Under the pieces are notes generated by a model. It had not been told where the DNA came from and searched no databases. It saw nothing but the letters and a program-made list of their open reading frames with translations. From assembly GCF_009914755.1 (NCBI RefSeq), contig NC_060929.1: a stretch of 64,000 bases of DNA. The stretch is one strand, 5' to 3'. This DNA is from the human T2T-CHM13v2.0 reference genome, Homo sapiens. Shown here in pieces: positions 26,521 to 45,441 of the stretch. The translations under genes and the position numbers were made by a program. Each line of letters begins with the position of its first letter. The stretch's first letter is position 1.

Positions 26521-27580
26521 ATTCCTTAAATTTTTAATCTTCCAACTTCTTCAAAAGTGATGTTTTCACTTACGTTTTTGTTCAAGGTGGAAGCCATTTC
26601 AGGTGCTCCTACCTGGCTTCTCTGACTACAGTAATTTTTATTTAAAGGTCAAGGAGCTAATGTGAAACTTCTGCTTACTACCAAGTATGTTCATTCAGTT
26701 TATGTGTTCAAAAACAAAGGAAATGTCCAGCAGGTAAGCCTTTAACCCCAATAAACACATTGAAATAGACATAGTCCAAGACTTCATCTTTTTACCTGGC
26801 CCTCATAAGCCTCTAGTCAAACAGAGGATGATTGAGGGACTTTTGTTCCCTTGGTATGAGGATCAGCTCAGACCCTGATCCATCAGTCTTTAAACTGTTA
26901 AGGCGTGTCCCTCTCCAAAGGGCCTAGTTTCCCCCAGAGGGAAGGACTGAATATATCCCTACTGTATGGCTTCTGGGGTTGCTGAGTGTTTTTTGTAGAT
27001 ATCTGGCCACTCTTTCAGCTGACAGGTTCTATGTCTAAGCATTGCTTCACTATACATACTTGACAAGAAAGTGTGGCTTTCCATTGTGGTAGCTGCCCTC
27101 TGCTTTCTACTCACACATTTATGAACTATTTTGATTGTGCACATATATTAAGCAACACCATTGTTGGCTGCCCATCTATCTTGCCCTTAGGAACATTTCT
27201 TGGCTTCCATTCCAAGCTTCTGCTCATTATGATACTTACAGTTGCCTTGCCTCTCTCAGTGAAGTGCAGCTACCTGGCCATTTCTGGATCCTAACTCGCA
27301 TGTCTGTAACAGCATCTCCTATTGAGGCCCAGTGTAGAGGACAGCCACCTCTAAGCTTCTCAAAGATACTAGTTCTTCTTCACTACCACATTTCTTATTG
27401 CTTTGATAAGTAGATTCTTCCCCTAGACCTCTCAAGGAATATACTCAAATGGTGGCTTTTCCAGCCTTATTTAGTAGCCCAACTTAGCATGGCCACTTCC
27501 CAAAATTTTTAATACCTTTCTTCACAGTCTGCCACAGAAGTTTTGGCATCTCTACTTCATTTAATGTTCTACATTAAATG

Positions 27581-27763
27581 AAGTGTTTGGAAAACTCTGG
27601 CTCTCAAGTCAGATCCAGCCGGTTTCCTTTTTTGGTAAGGAAAGTTTTATTGAAACACTCAATTTACTGGCAACACCCATTTGTCTACATATTGGCCATA
27701 TGACCTTCAAAGCCTAAAATATTTGTTACCTAACCCATTACAGAGAAAGTTTGCTGACATTTG
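27581..27763 (+). mobile_element. MER58A (hAT-Charlie), internally deleted, inserted in the provirus
   Basis: aaagttttattgaaacac...aaagcctaaaatatttgttacc...cagagaaagtttgctgac. Confidence 0.85.
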
Positions 27764-28778
27764 ATGGAGGGCATTACTTTTCCCAATCTTCTAACCACCA
27801 CCCTGGTATAGCATTAAAACTGCCCCTTGGCCCTTTACCAAAGTGTCAAATCCTGGGTCACAGAATGGTGCCCCCATTTCAACACTCTATTCCTTCTCCA
27901 GTCTTATATTACTCCCTCATTCAGCTGGCTTCTTCAGGATTCCCAGGCATTATGTCCTTGTTCCTGTCAGTACGTGTTAACTAGGTCCAGCCACTGTTTT
28001 GGTATTTAATACTGCTTCTCCTTTAGCAGTCTAGCACTTTCTAGTATAATTTTGCTGAAATTTGGCCCAAGTTATGGGCCTGATGAGCAAAAGGAGAAGT
28101 AGGAACAGTTCTTGAGCAAGGCAAGCACTTTCCTAAAGAGTTCCTGTCTGCTCTGAGAACTCTACATGGTCTTCACACAGGGAAAAGGGAATTTTATCTT
28201 CCAATAAAAGTAGTCAATATTAAAGACTTGGAGAGTTCAGGGAAATCTGGGATTTCAAGACGCTCAAGTGAATCTACCCAGATATTCCCATCTTGTGCTT
28301 TCACTCCCATATCAGAACTCTGACTTTGGCTTAGGAAACTTCCCTAGGTTGAGAATTCAAGTTTCTCCAAAATTTTCTGCCTCTTCCAATTAAGTTCTGT
28401 TTCAAGCCATCAGTTTTCTCTGCCCTCCATTTACAGAAATTAGGATTTCTTTAAATGCTCCTAAGGAGGCCCTCTGACTCATATTTACATCAAACTGTGA
28501 ATTAATAGATCTGAGATTATCATGATCTCTAGATCTACAACATTTAGCAAAAGCAAAACAATTCCATGGCCCATAGAGTTACCCTTTTCCATATGCCTTT
28601 GAAATGCCAGAGATATTTGATCAGTCAGTGTCCCTCCTTTCATGTGCACCCCCTGCCAGTTCACCATGGGTGAACATCTTAGCCAGGAACTATCATGGCT
28701 CCACCAACCCAGGATGCACTACCGTCTGGCCAGTAAATAATTCAACTCCAGAATTCCAGCTATAGGGTTTCTTTCTTA

Positions 28779-28796
28779 GGACTGCTCCCAGTACCA
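28779..28796 (-). other. Primer-binding site (tRNA-Leu type, diverged)
   Basis: Minus strand reads TGGTACTGGGAGCAGTCC directly after the 5' LTR; the ERVL PBS is TGGTACCAGGAGTGG. Confidence 0.65.
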
Positions 28797-28797
28797 G

Positions 28798-29205
28798 TGT
28801 CCTAGAAGCAGGGCCTGAGATGGAAATTCTTCAATGAATGATTTATTGAGATATTACTTTCAGGAGAAAGGGAGTAAAAGAAGCAGTAAAGGCCTTAGTA
28901 AAACTAAGCAAAGGCTTATTCTCATCTGGAGATCAGCTTCCTTTGATTTGTAAGAAATTCTGGAGTATAGATGAGTCTAGATGAATCATAGGTTTGTTAC
29001 TACCTCGAGGGAGGGAGTTTGTCCTGACCCTCCTCCTATTCTCAGGGGCATAATGTTCAAGGTAAAGCAGATCCCATTAGGTTGAGAGTAACTCTAGAGA
29101 AGGAGGCTGCTGTGAGTCATTAGGGGCTAGCAGTCATCATAGCTGAGGAATGGGTATGCAACCATGTAAATGGGATCTGAATGGAAACCAGGAGAGTCTA
29201 CTATA
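28798..29205 (-). mobile_element. 5' LTR (LTR16C-like)
   Basis: tgtcctagaagcagggcctgagatggaaattc...gggatctgaatggaaaccaggagagtctactata; colinear with 22955-23449. Confidence 0.8.
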
Positions 29206-31041
29206 TACCTGAAACTAAAGAAATAACGCTGGTTACCTTGAAGAGCAGTCTCCTTGGGGCCCTGATGCACAACTTTCAGATTCTGTGTCCTATTGAACAC
29301 TGGCTATCCTTACTTGCCTTTTGGACTAAGGTCTACCCTTAGCTATAGGAGGAATGAAGGTTTGGTTTGGACTTTAGGAATGATAACAAGTCTCTTGATA
29401 ATTCGAATATGGGTTCATTTGTTTTTCGTAAATGAAAGAGCCCTGAAGGTGTAAACTTTCTTGACAGGACCAAAGTCATCAATGCCTTATTGTGAATTGT
29501 TTTACTAGATCTTTTGATTGAACCAATGTTAGAACAGGTGTTTGGGAGAAATGGAAAAGAAGGAGAGAAATTTGAGGCACAGACAGTAACCTTAGCATGT
29601 CAGGCCCTGAAGAAGACCTATAAAAGCAAAAGATAGCATAAGGAAACCACATCTTTGATAAAGACTGATAATTAAATGCATCCTTGTGGGAAGGTAGGAA
29701 GGAGTAAAAAACAAAACAAAACAAAACAACAGCAAAAAAACTACAATTCACTTGGGCTTGATTTTGGTAGGCTGGACTCAGGAGGAAGCACAGTTTATTC
29801 TGAAGTGTAAGAACTATTTCTGATCTTTAATAAACTATTCTTAGTTTTCCTGTAATATTATTACACAGAGAAAAGGCAGGTTATTCTAGCTTATAGGACC
29901 ATTAAGAAAATGAGAGATGTCTTTATGTAGCATTTGTTTTAAACACAGGGAACTGATGCATTCACTTTATTGCAATAAATGGAACAACAATAGTGGCGCT
30001 GATAAAACTGAGCTCAGACGAGTAAAGTGTTGTAGGTACACCGGGGAAAGTTTTAAGAAAATGGTAAGATGAGAAAAATCATTGGGAACCAAAGGTACTC
30101 TCTTAAACTTACAAAAATGTGTTGGATTCAAGATTATGTAAATTCAGAGAAGCTGTAGCAGTTCTGGGGGGTTCCATCAGGTCCCAAGGTAAGTAACCTT
30201 GAGTGCTCTTGGTGATTTGAGAAATTCTTTGGTCCTATGGTTGATCACAAAAGAGATTTAGAAAGAGGACATGCGATAAAGTAAAATTTCCCAACAGTCT
30301 CACTGCTGAAGCCAGTACTGGATTTTTAGCTTTCTTACTGTGTGTCAAGTACTCCTTCTACCCACCCCCACTCCATTTTCCCACATCTCTGAACATGTGA
30401 CTATCCTTTATTCACCGCTGGACTAGTGTATGGAACCTAGTCTTACTTGTTACCTTGATAGGAATACAAACAAGGTCAAAGCCATTCACCCAAATGTGTC
30501 CCTGACTGTTTATCAGGATATCTATAAATAATCGACCAAATTAATGTCAGAGAAATAAGTTAAAGAGAAGTTCTTTCTCCATGAAAGAATGTTTTAAGTT
30601 AATGGGCTGACCATCTCATTTAAGAGTGAAGTAAGGATATAAATATCAAGCAGTCACTGACTTCACTTCAATGTTTAAGGCTTATCTATTTAAATCCCCT
30701 CAGCAAATTTATTTTTAAGTAGAACCAATAAAAATACCTGTAACTAAAATGACCTGCCTACTCACCATTTCAACTTCTCCTACATCTAGTGCTTTTTTTT
30801 TTAATCAAAGAATCATGCTATACAACGATGAGGAAGAATTAGAGATGCCTTCTGGAGTCCTACATCTGTTGTTTGTTTCTCTAAGTGCTTAGAGAGCAAA
30901 GTGAACATTTGAGCTGGGTCTCCATGCATGTGGATGATGCTAGGAATCAGGAAAGGTGCTAAGGATGGTATTCCAGATTGAAAAAAAATACCATGGTCAT
31001 TAACATAGAGAAGGAGAAACATAGAGCATTTATAATGTTCA

Positions 31042-31403
<362 letters not shown>

Positions 31404-31789
31404 TTATCTAGGTCTTCTCACCACTTTAGATAAAATAAATTCAACACCTCAGCCCACATCATGCAGAAGCACCCTACTTTGAATTTCCAGGAGTAATAGT
31501 ATTATGGATGTTTGAGTCTGAGCACCTCTTTCTTTTAAACCAGCTGAGTTTAGGGATTTTTCTGTCCCTCCTGTGCAGGTTACTTCCTAGTCCACATTAT
31601 GTCATCCAGCTGTGTCCCTTAGTCACTTCCTGTCAATTCTACCAAAAACAACAGCAACAAACACATACGTTAAACCTCTGCATATGTTGATTTGCATACG
31701 TGGAGGCAGAAGGTCCTTGCTACGCAGCATGTGACCCACAGACTAGCAGAATCAGCATTGCCTGTGAGTTTGTTAAAAATGCAAAACTC

Positions 31790-32826
31790 GCTGGGGGCAG
31801 CCAAGATGGCTGAATAGGAACAGCTCTGGTCTAGAGCTCCCAGCGTGAGTGACGCAGAAGATGGGTGATTTCTGCATTTCCATCAGAGGTACCAGGTTCA
31901 TCTCACTAGGGAGTGCCAGAAAGTGGGCGCAGGACAGTGGTTGCAGTACACCATGCACGAGCTGAAGCAGGGTGAGGCATTGCCTCACTCAGGAAACACA
32001 AGGGGTCAGGGAGTTCCCTTTCCTAGTCAAAGAAAGGGGTGACAGATGGCAACTGGAAAATCGGGTCACTCCCATCCCAATACTGCACTTTTCTGATGGG
32101 CTTTAAAAACGGCACACCAGGAGATTATATCCTGCACATGGTTCAGAGGGTCCTACGCCCACGGAGTCTCGCTGATTGCTAGCACAGCAGTCTGAGATCT
32201 AACTGCAAGGCAGCAGCGAGGCTGGGGGAGGGGTGCCCGCCATTGCCTAGGCTTGCTTAGGTAAACAAAGCAGCCTGGAAGCTCCAACTGGGTGGAGCCC
32301 ACCACAGCTCAAGGAGGCCTGTCTGCCTCTGTAGGCTCCACCTCTGGGGTCAGGGCACAGACAAACAAAAAGACAGCAGTAACCTCTGCAGACTTAAATG
32401 TCCCTGTCTGACAGCTTTGAAGAGAGCAGTGTTTCTCCCAGCATGCAGCTGGATATCTGAGAACGGGCAGACTGCCTCCTCAAGTGGGTCCCTGACCCCT
32501 GACCCCCAAGCAGCCTAACTGGGAGGCACCCCCCAGTAGGGGCAGACTGACACCTCACATGGCTGGGTACTCCTCTGAGACAAAACTTCCAGAGGAATGA
32601 TCAGACAGTAGCATTCATGGTTCATGAAAATCCGCTGTTCTGCAGCCACCGCTGCTGATACACAGGCAAACAGGGTCTGGAATGGACCTCTAGCAAACTC
32701 CAACAGACCTGCAGCTGAGGGTCCTGTCTGTTAGAAGGAAAACTAACAAACAGAAAGGACATCCACACCAAAAACCCATCTGTACGTCACCATCATCAAA
32801 GACCAAAAGTAGATAAAACCACAAAG
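31790..32826 (+). promoter_or_regulatory. L1 5' UTR internal sense/antisense promoter with YY1 site and ZNF93-target segment
   Basis: CAAGATGGC at 31802-31810; extra ~128 bp at 32574-32701 containing GCAGCCACCGCTGCTG; extensive CpG decay. Confidence 0.8.
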
Positions 32827-33844
32827 ATGGGGAAAAAACAGAGCAGAAAAACTGGAAACTCTAAAAAGCAGAGCACCTCTCCTCCTCCAAAGGAACACAG
32901 TTCCTCACCAGCAACGGAACAAAGCTGGATGGAGGATGACTTTGACAAGTTGAGAAAAGAAGGCTTCAGATGATCAAACTACTCCAAGCTACAGGAGGTA
33001 ATTCAAACCAAAGGCAAAGAAGTTGAAAACTTTGAAAAAAAATTCAGACAAATGTATAACTAGAATAACCAACACAGAGAAGTGCTTAAAGGAGCTGATG
33101 GAGCTGAAAGCCAAGGCTCGAGAACTACATGAAGAATGCAGAAGTCTCAGGAGCTGAAGCGATCAACTGGAAGAAAGGGTATCAGTGATGGAAGATGAAA
33201 TGAATGAAATGAAGTGAGAAGGGAAGTTTAGAGAAAAAAGAATAAAAAGAAACAAACAAAGCCTCCAAGAAATATGGTACTATGTGAAAAGACCAAATCT
33301 ACGTCTCATTTGTGTACCTGAAAGTGACAGGGAGAATGGAATCCAGTTGGAAAACACTCTGCAGGATATTATCCAGGAGAACTTCCCCAATCTAGCAAGG
33401 CAAGCCAACATTCAGATTCAGGAAATACAGAGAATGCCACAAAGATACTCCTCGAGAAGAGCAACTCCAAGACACATAATTGTCAGATTCACCAAAGATG
33501 AAATGAAGGAAAAAATGTGAAGGGCAGCCAGAGAGAAAGGTCAGGTTACCCACAAAGGGAAGCCCATCAGACTAACAGCGGATCTCTTGGCAGAAACTCT
33601 ACAAGCCAGAAGAGAGTGGGGGCCAATATTCAACATTCTTAAAGAAAAGAATTTTCAACCCAGAATTTCATATCCAGCCAAACTAAGCTTCATAAGTGAA
33701 GGAGAAATAAAATACTTTACAGACAAGCAAATGCTGAGAGATTTTGTCACCACCAGGCCTGCCCTAAAAGAGCTCCTGAAGGAAGCATTAAACATGGAAA
33801 GGAACAACCGGTACCAACCACTGCAAAAACATGCCAAATTGTAA
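32827..33844 (+). pseudogene. L1 ORF1p, disrupted
   Basis: ATGGGGAAAAAACAG start; in-frame TGA at 32971 (codon 49) and further stops/frameshifts; fragments KRPNLRLI and REWGPIFNILKEKNFQPRISYPAKLSF. Confidence 0.95.
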
Positions 33845-33907
33845 AGACCATCGAGACTAGGAAGAAACTGCATCAACTAATGAGCAAAATCACCAGCTAA
33901 CATCATA

Positions 33908-37733
<3,826 letters not shown>

Positions 37734-38656
37734 ACAATGGGAACAAGTGGACACAGGAAGGGGAACATCACACTCTGGGGACTGTTGTGGGGTGGGGGTA
37801 GGGGGGAGGGATAGCTTAAGGAGATAAACCTAATGCTAAATGACAAGTTAATGGATGCAGCACACCAACATGGCACATGTATACATATGTAACTAACCTG
37901 CACATTGTGCACATGTACCTTAAAACTTAAAGTATAATAATAATAAAATGAAAAAATAAAAATAAAAATAAAAAAATAAAAATGCAAAACTCAGGTTTTA
38001 CGTCAAGCCTACAGAATTGGAATTAAGTTTATATGCACATTAAAGTTCGAGGAGCACTCAGGTTAAGTGGCATGAAGTGAGATTATGTATCTTAAACACT
38101 GAACTTCCCTCTTCTTATAAGTCTTTGGCTATATCTGCTCAGTTTTTTCTTATCATTAAAGTCACACTAAATATTGCTTTGACTTCTTTGGCATCCCTAT
38201 TACATTATGCTTTCTCTTATTAAAGATTGTTATCAAAAACTCAAGGTCTTATATTTCTATTTTTTATAGGGGGATTTAGCACTCAGTCTTTTTCTCTCAT
38301 TCAGTTTCCGGTCCACATTTGCATATCTAATCCTGTTCATCAGATTCATAGATCCATTTATTTGACAAGATACACTTTGCTTAAAAGAAAATAGTGGTTT
38401 TCAGCATTAATTTTTTTTCTCTCTAAAATAACTATAACATATATATATGCAGCTATACTGTGGATAAAATAAGTCTCCCTGGCATTATAATTACATTTCA
38501 AAAATTCTGTTATATCATTGTTACCCTCTAATGTAATCATTAGCCCAATCTTCAGGCTTCAGTGACACCAAATCATTCTATCAAACTAGGCACTCTACAT
38601 ACATAAAATTACAAAAATTAATTTGGAAGTCTATTAAAATCAAAGTATTCCTAGTG

Positions 38657-39280
38657 CAGTTGTGTGGTAAATGTTTAACAACTGACTCTTTGGAAAACAA
38701 TGTATGTAGATCTAAGAACTCCAGTGTTTGTCACTGATGTAATTTCTTTGCTAAATGAGATAATAGCTTTTAAATACTAACATTTTGTCAGTTCTTTGTA
38801 CTATTCACAATGCAACAGATACAACACATCTTAAGGTTTAATCTGCACTATCAACATTTTCTCCATCACTTTCTTAAGTCTAAATATTCAAGAAACAATA
38901 AATCCAGCCATGATTTTTAGTGTTTGCTGATTTCCATGGTGTAAATACACCAACTATAGCCAATTTCAATCTGCTAACATGACATCACCGAATGTGGAGT
39001 TGGGAAAAGATGTGCAGTGGCACATTATTGCATAGTATTTTTGCTGTGCAGATATAGTAAATGCAAATAATCTCAAGGTATAGATAGTAAAATGTAGGAC
39101 ATCATGAGGAAATAATAACAAGTATTTTTAGCTTTGTTTTTGATGTAATTTATTTGTGAGTCTACATAATTAAATTTTTAACAATGACTCTATGACATCA
39201 ACCAGTTTGCAGAATTTCTGAAATTTTAACAATGGACTCTGCTCTTGTGAGCCAGTACAACTGAGCATTGCTACACCCAT
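38657..39280 (-). mobile_element. MER63C/D-type (hAT-Blackjack) DNA transposon
   Basis: gtggtaaatgtttaacaactgactc...gatttccatggtgtaaatac...tggagttgggaaaagatgtgcagtggcaca...tttctgaaattttaacaat...gagccagtacaa. Confidence 0.8.
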
Positions 39281-39947
39281 GCTCAATTCCTAATCAAGTC
39301 AGTTATTCTGTTATCAAGGGTTAAACTAATTAGTTTTTCCTGGTGTCTGAATGTCCTTGTTCAAGTTTAAGAATGTAAAATCATTTTCTACATTGCCAAA
39401 TTTCCATATTAAGTAATTTGTTGATAAATTCTACAGCCACTATAAGTCTACTGGAGGTAATGAAGTGAATAAACCCTCAGTTCCAAAGAAACTTTGTAAA
39501 GAAAACCAAATAAACACACTTCCATTTCAGTCTGTAAAAAGAGAACTTGCAGGGTGTATGGATGGGTTTTCCAGAGGCTGGGGTTTGCGATCATCTTCCC
39601 TGCAGTGCTTATCCTTATTGTGTCTGGCCCCTGGACTCTCCACAGATTAAGTGGTCTGGGTTGTCAGTTTTCATTCTACTTGAGCCATTCACCAACCTTG
39701 TGAGGATGATGGGACAAGTCCTGTGACTGTTGGTGTTTTCTGAACTGTAAAATAAGATAAATAATGCAGAGTAAAACTCACATGATTGTACAAGGATTTC
39801 CTATTGATTGCCTAGAATTTTGGCTGTTGGGACCCATATCATTTGCCCTTGGAAACATAAAAATACAACATTATAATGTGGGTTTTGTTTTTTCTCCTTT
39901 TAAAAAAGAGCAAAAATTATGATAATCTTATATGCAGTGCTCTAAGA

Positions 39948-40158
39948 CAGCACAATCTGATAGACCTTTCTAGGATGATGAAAATGTTCTCTATCTGCTC
40001 CATCTAACATGGTAGTTGCTAGCCACATAGAGCTAATGAGGACTTGAAAAGTGGCTAGTGTGATCGAAGAACTAATTTTTAATTTAATTTAATTTTAATT
40101 AATTTAGATTTAACAAGCTACTAGTGGATACTGGTAGCTACTGCATTGGATTGTGCAT
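39948..40158 (+). mobile_element. MER3 (hAT-Charlie)
   Basis: gatgatgaaaatgttctctatctg...ctagccaca...acttgaaaagtggctagtgtga...tttaattttaattaattta. Confidence 0.88.
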
Positions 40159-40783
40159 CCATCCTTGGTCACTGGATACTTATACTTTGAAATCCTTGTG
40201 TAGTAAGTAGCACAAAGACCTATTTGATTAATATAAATATGTATAAGGAAAGTGTTTTTTAATGAGTATCTACACATAAATAGGTTTTATGAACCAGAGA
40301 CAACCCCTAAACAACTCCAAAACTAATGAGTAACCAAATTATGATATGTAGGACGTGATATACCTCTTTGGCATGTGAAATATTGTATGAAAGCCTTTTC
40401 ATACAATGAGAGATCTAAAGAATGGCCTAATGCCCTGAATGTTTAGTGGCTAAATTGGACGTTTGGAAAGTACAAGCAAGAAAAATAAAAGCACAGCAAC
40501 TGTTCAAAGAAGTCACACTAAGTGTCATTGAGAGAAGAAAACTTTAATTTGAACTGAACACGTTGGTAAATAACAAGAATCTCCCTAAGATTTTTTGCTG
40601 GCAAAAAAGTAGACAAATTCTTAGAACAGAAGCTGTTATTTCCCTTCTGTCTCTTGAGAGCTGTCAGTGGTCAGTCTAGAAAGCCTCTGGGACTAAAATA
40701 AAGAGCTTTGGATGTTGGATGTGCATCCTTGACTTTCAGATTCATGGTGAGCACTTTAGCTGGCCTCTGATAAATCAGTAGAA

Positions 40784-40885
40784 TTGCAAATTCCCAAAAT
40801 CCCCATCATATCAGAAATGACGCAACATTTCTACTTGCAACTTCCCAAGGTCCTCATTATATCAGAAATGACGCAACATTTGTGC
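40784..40885. repeat. 51-bp tandem duplication
   Basis: Copies start at ttgcaa 40784 and 40835; ATATCAGAAATGACGCAACATTT is identical in both. Confidence 0.9.
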
Positions 40886-43478
40886 TTCAGCTGTTCTTTC
40901 TAATCAAACCTTTTAGAGGTCATTCAAGTGTTTTCTTACTCTGTCCATCTGAATGCCAACGAGTACTTTCTTTTTCAGATTTAGTTCCTCCTACTCTAGT
41001 TGTGGCACTTTACAAATTAGGTGACAACTTTTGTATGTAAAATTGCTTGATTGAGAAGGAAAATTTTGTTCCTAGGAGATGTTTACATGCTACTTCTTAT
41101 ACTGTGGATTTGTTCGGCTGAATATTTGTATCATACCTTGGCTCTATTTTTTCCCAGAGATGCTGAAATTGTCATTAAAATTGGATTCTGATTCAGCACT
41201 GGAACACTTGCCCATCTAAATCAATCCCCTTCAAAGCCCAAAGACCAAACTGATTGCCGAGTTACATTCCTTAGATATCAGCAGATTATACTACTCAATC
41301 CTGACATGTATTTGAAGGCAATGTTTTATCATCTGGAATAATTAGATCTCACCAAAGCTCTTAGAGAGTTCCTGGCTTGCCTTAAATATTTTTCACCCAT
41401 TTTGAAAACTTTTTTACAAGTAAAATCCATGGTCTAGTTCAAGAGCCTAGCAGGAATGTGAAGAGGGAATTCAAGGGAGTGTGGAAAGGGATCATGAAGA
41501 ATGTAGTTCTAGGATCAATGCACAGAAAATGTGCACTAGATGTGAATCCGTTGGCAGGAAGTATATGGCAATACAAGCCAGATATATTAGTGAATTCCAA
41601 AGACAGTGGAAATGTCTCTGTTTTGTATTGAATGTCACTTGAAATAAATGGGTCACTGGCCAGGGGTGTGGACATCCTTTTTGCTATGAACCTTTCCATT
41701 ATAATGACTTATTTTGTAATAGGATTTGACGTGTAATACAAACATAGTTCCCAAAGCATGTAATATCCATCTCAATTGCTAATACTAAAATTGGTATTAT
41801 TGTTTCCCCATTTTAAATCTATGTACTGCCTTGCCTATAGCCACCCACTGATTTTTTTAATGTAAATGATTGGTGTTGGATAACTAGATAATACCAATTT
41901 TCATTTTTAGTACCTGGGGACATTTTCATTGGAATGCAGGTTGCTAAAAAAAATTAGTAGACTAATAAAACTAGATGTCTACTTACAAGATTTGGCAAGA
42001 TGTTTTGAATGCACAAAATGATGCAGAAGGAAAATTTTTAAAAATCCATCTAACCCATTTGAGAAAAGTAGCATAGTCAAATAGGTTACATATGAATTTA
42101 GGACTTTCATATTCGAACCTTGATTTGGAATGTTTTGATTAAGTGACAACTTTATTTGTAAACTGCTGAATTGATACTCTTTTTTTAAGAATATAATTCT
42201 TGAAGAAGACTGCACTGAAATGTACATACTTCTTACTTAAAAGTTGTAGTTTTATAGGTAAAGTGGAAAGAAAACATTTTTTAAGTGAGTAAACATACAG
42301 CTTTGCTTTCTCTATGCTTCAATTCTACCTTCTCCAAAATGAGGACAGGGCTAGTGGAACCATCCTGATGCTGGGAAAATCTGTTCTTAAGAAGGGTTAA
42401 AGTTCCAGAAGAAGTGCCCATGCCCTGGCCTTTGCTTGAATAGTTATAGATATTCACAAGGGAGCTCACCCAGGAAGGGTGATGATATGTAATTCCTTTT
42501 ACCAAGGTTTGGTGGCTCCTGAAGAAGGGGGCCATGGCTCAGAGCATTCTGGCGATACCTCCACTTTCAGCAGATATTTGGGCCAAGTGTACCTACAAGG
42601 CTGGAGAAGAGGAGGGGGTATCTACTCATCTCACAGTGGAAATCCATCTAGGAAACCTTTAGGATGTGAGGAAGTGAATATATAACACTCTCTCAGCTCC
42701 CCACAGGCATCCAAAACCAACTGAGAGATGGATAGTAGAGGTCAGACAGCAGAAAAGCAAAATGTAAATGTAAATTTTATAACTACTAAAGCTGATGTTG
42801 GAGAACATGAATTAAATATGCTGCAAAGCTAGTTTTCATATCTGAGCTTCAGAATTAAACTGAAAAACTATGGATGTGACCAGTAAATGAAGGTTTGTAT
42901 CAAACAAGCAAAGGGCAGAACGTGTATGTTCTGCAGTCAGGCAGATCTCAAAAAGACAGGGAGAAGCTGTCCCAAATTCACCAGTTAGATAAGAAAGTAA
43001 CTTCTTTCCTGGAAAAAGGTGAATAAAAGAGCAAAAAGAGGCCAAGATTATGTTAATAGAAGGTTCTTTCATATGTAAGAAAATAGCAGGAATGAGCAGG
43101 TTTGAGCTATTTTGAATAAAGATGTTTGTATTCACATGGAAGTATTTGTGTAAACACATAGTTTCATTTCTTTTGGGTAAATATCTTGGAGTGTAATTTA
43201 CTGGGTTGTGTTATAAATATATCTTTGTATAAATCTGTTAAACTGTTTTTCAAAGCAGTTTTACCATTTTGCATTCCCACCAACAATGTAAGAGTTACAG
43301 TTCTTCCATATCCTCATCAACACTTGGTACTATGAGTCTTTTCACTTTTAACCCTTCTGGATTTTGGTATGCAGTGGTATTTCATGTGCTTTTAATTTGT
43401 ATTTGCCTGATAATGTTGTTGAATATCTTTTCACATGCTTATTGGTCATTTTTATATCTTATTTTTTGAAGTGTATAT

Positions 43479-45441
<1,963 letters not shown>

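Larger units (their letters stand above)
22955..29205 (-). mobile_element. Two-LTR ERVL provirus (LTR16-family LTRs with ERV3-16A3-like internal region)
   Basis: Homologous LTRs at 22955-23449 and 28798-29205; perfect TSD TACCT at 22950-22954 and 29206-29210; tRNA-Leu-like PBS; ERVL pol motifs inside. Confidence 0.9.

Noticed and set aside
29966-29979. 14-bp palindrome TTTATTGCAATAAA giving AATAAA on both strands
   Set aside because: No supporting downstream GU-rich elements or exon context were identified; plausible by chance in AT-rich DNA.
40382-40407. 11-bp hairpin ATTGTATGAAA-gcct-TTTCATACAAT
   Set aside because: AT-rich and too short for a pre-miRNA or MITE; no TSD; compatible with chance.
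42330-43090. Purine-rich stretch suspected to be a very old retroelement internal fragment
   Set aside because: I could not recover any diagnostic motif; a Dfam nhmmer search is needed before making a call.
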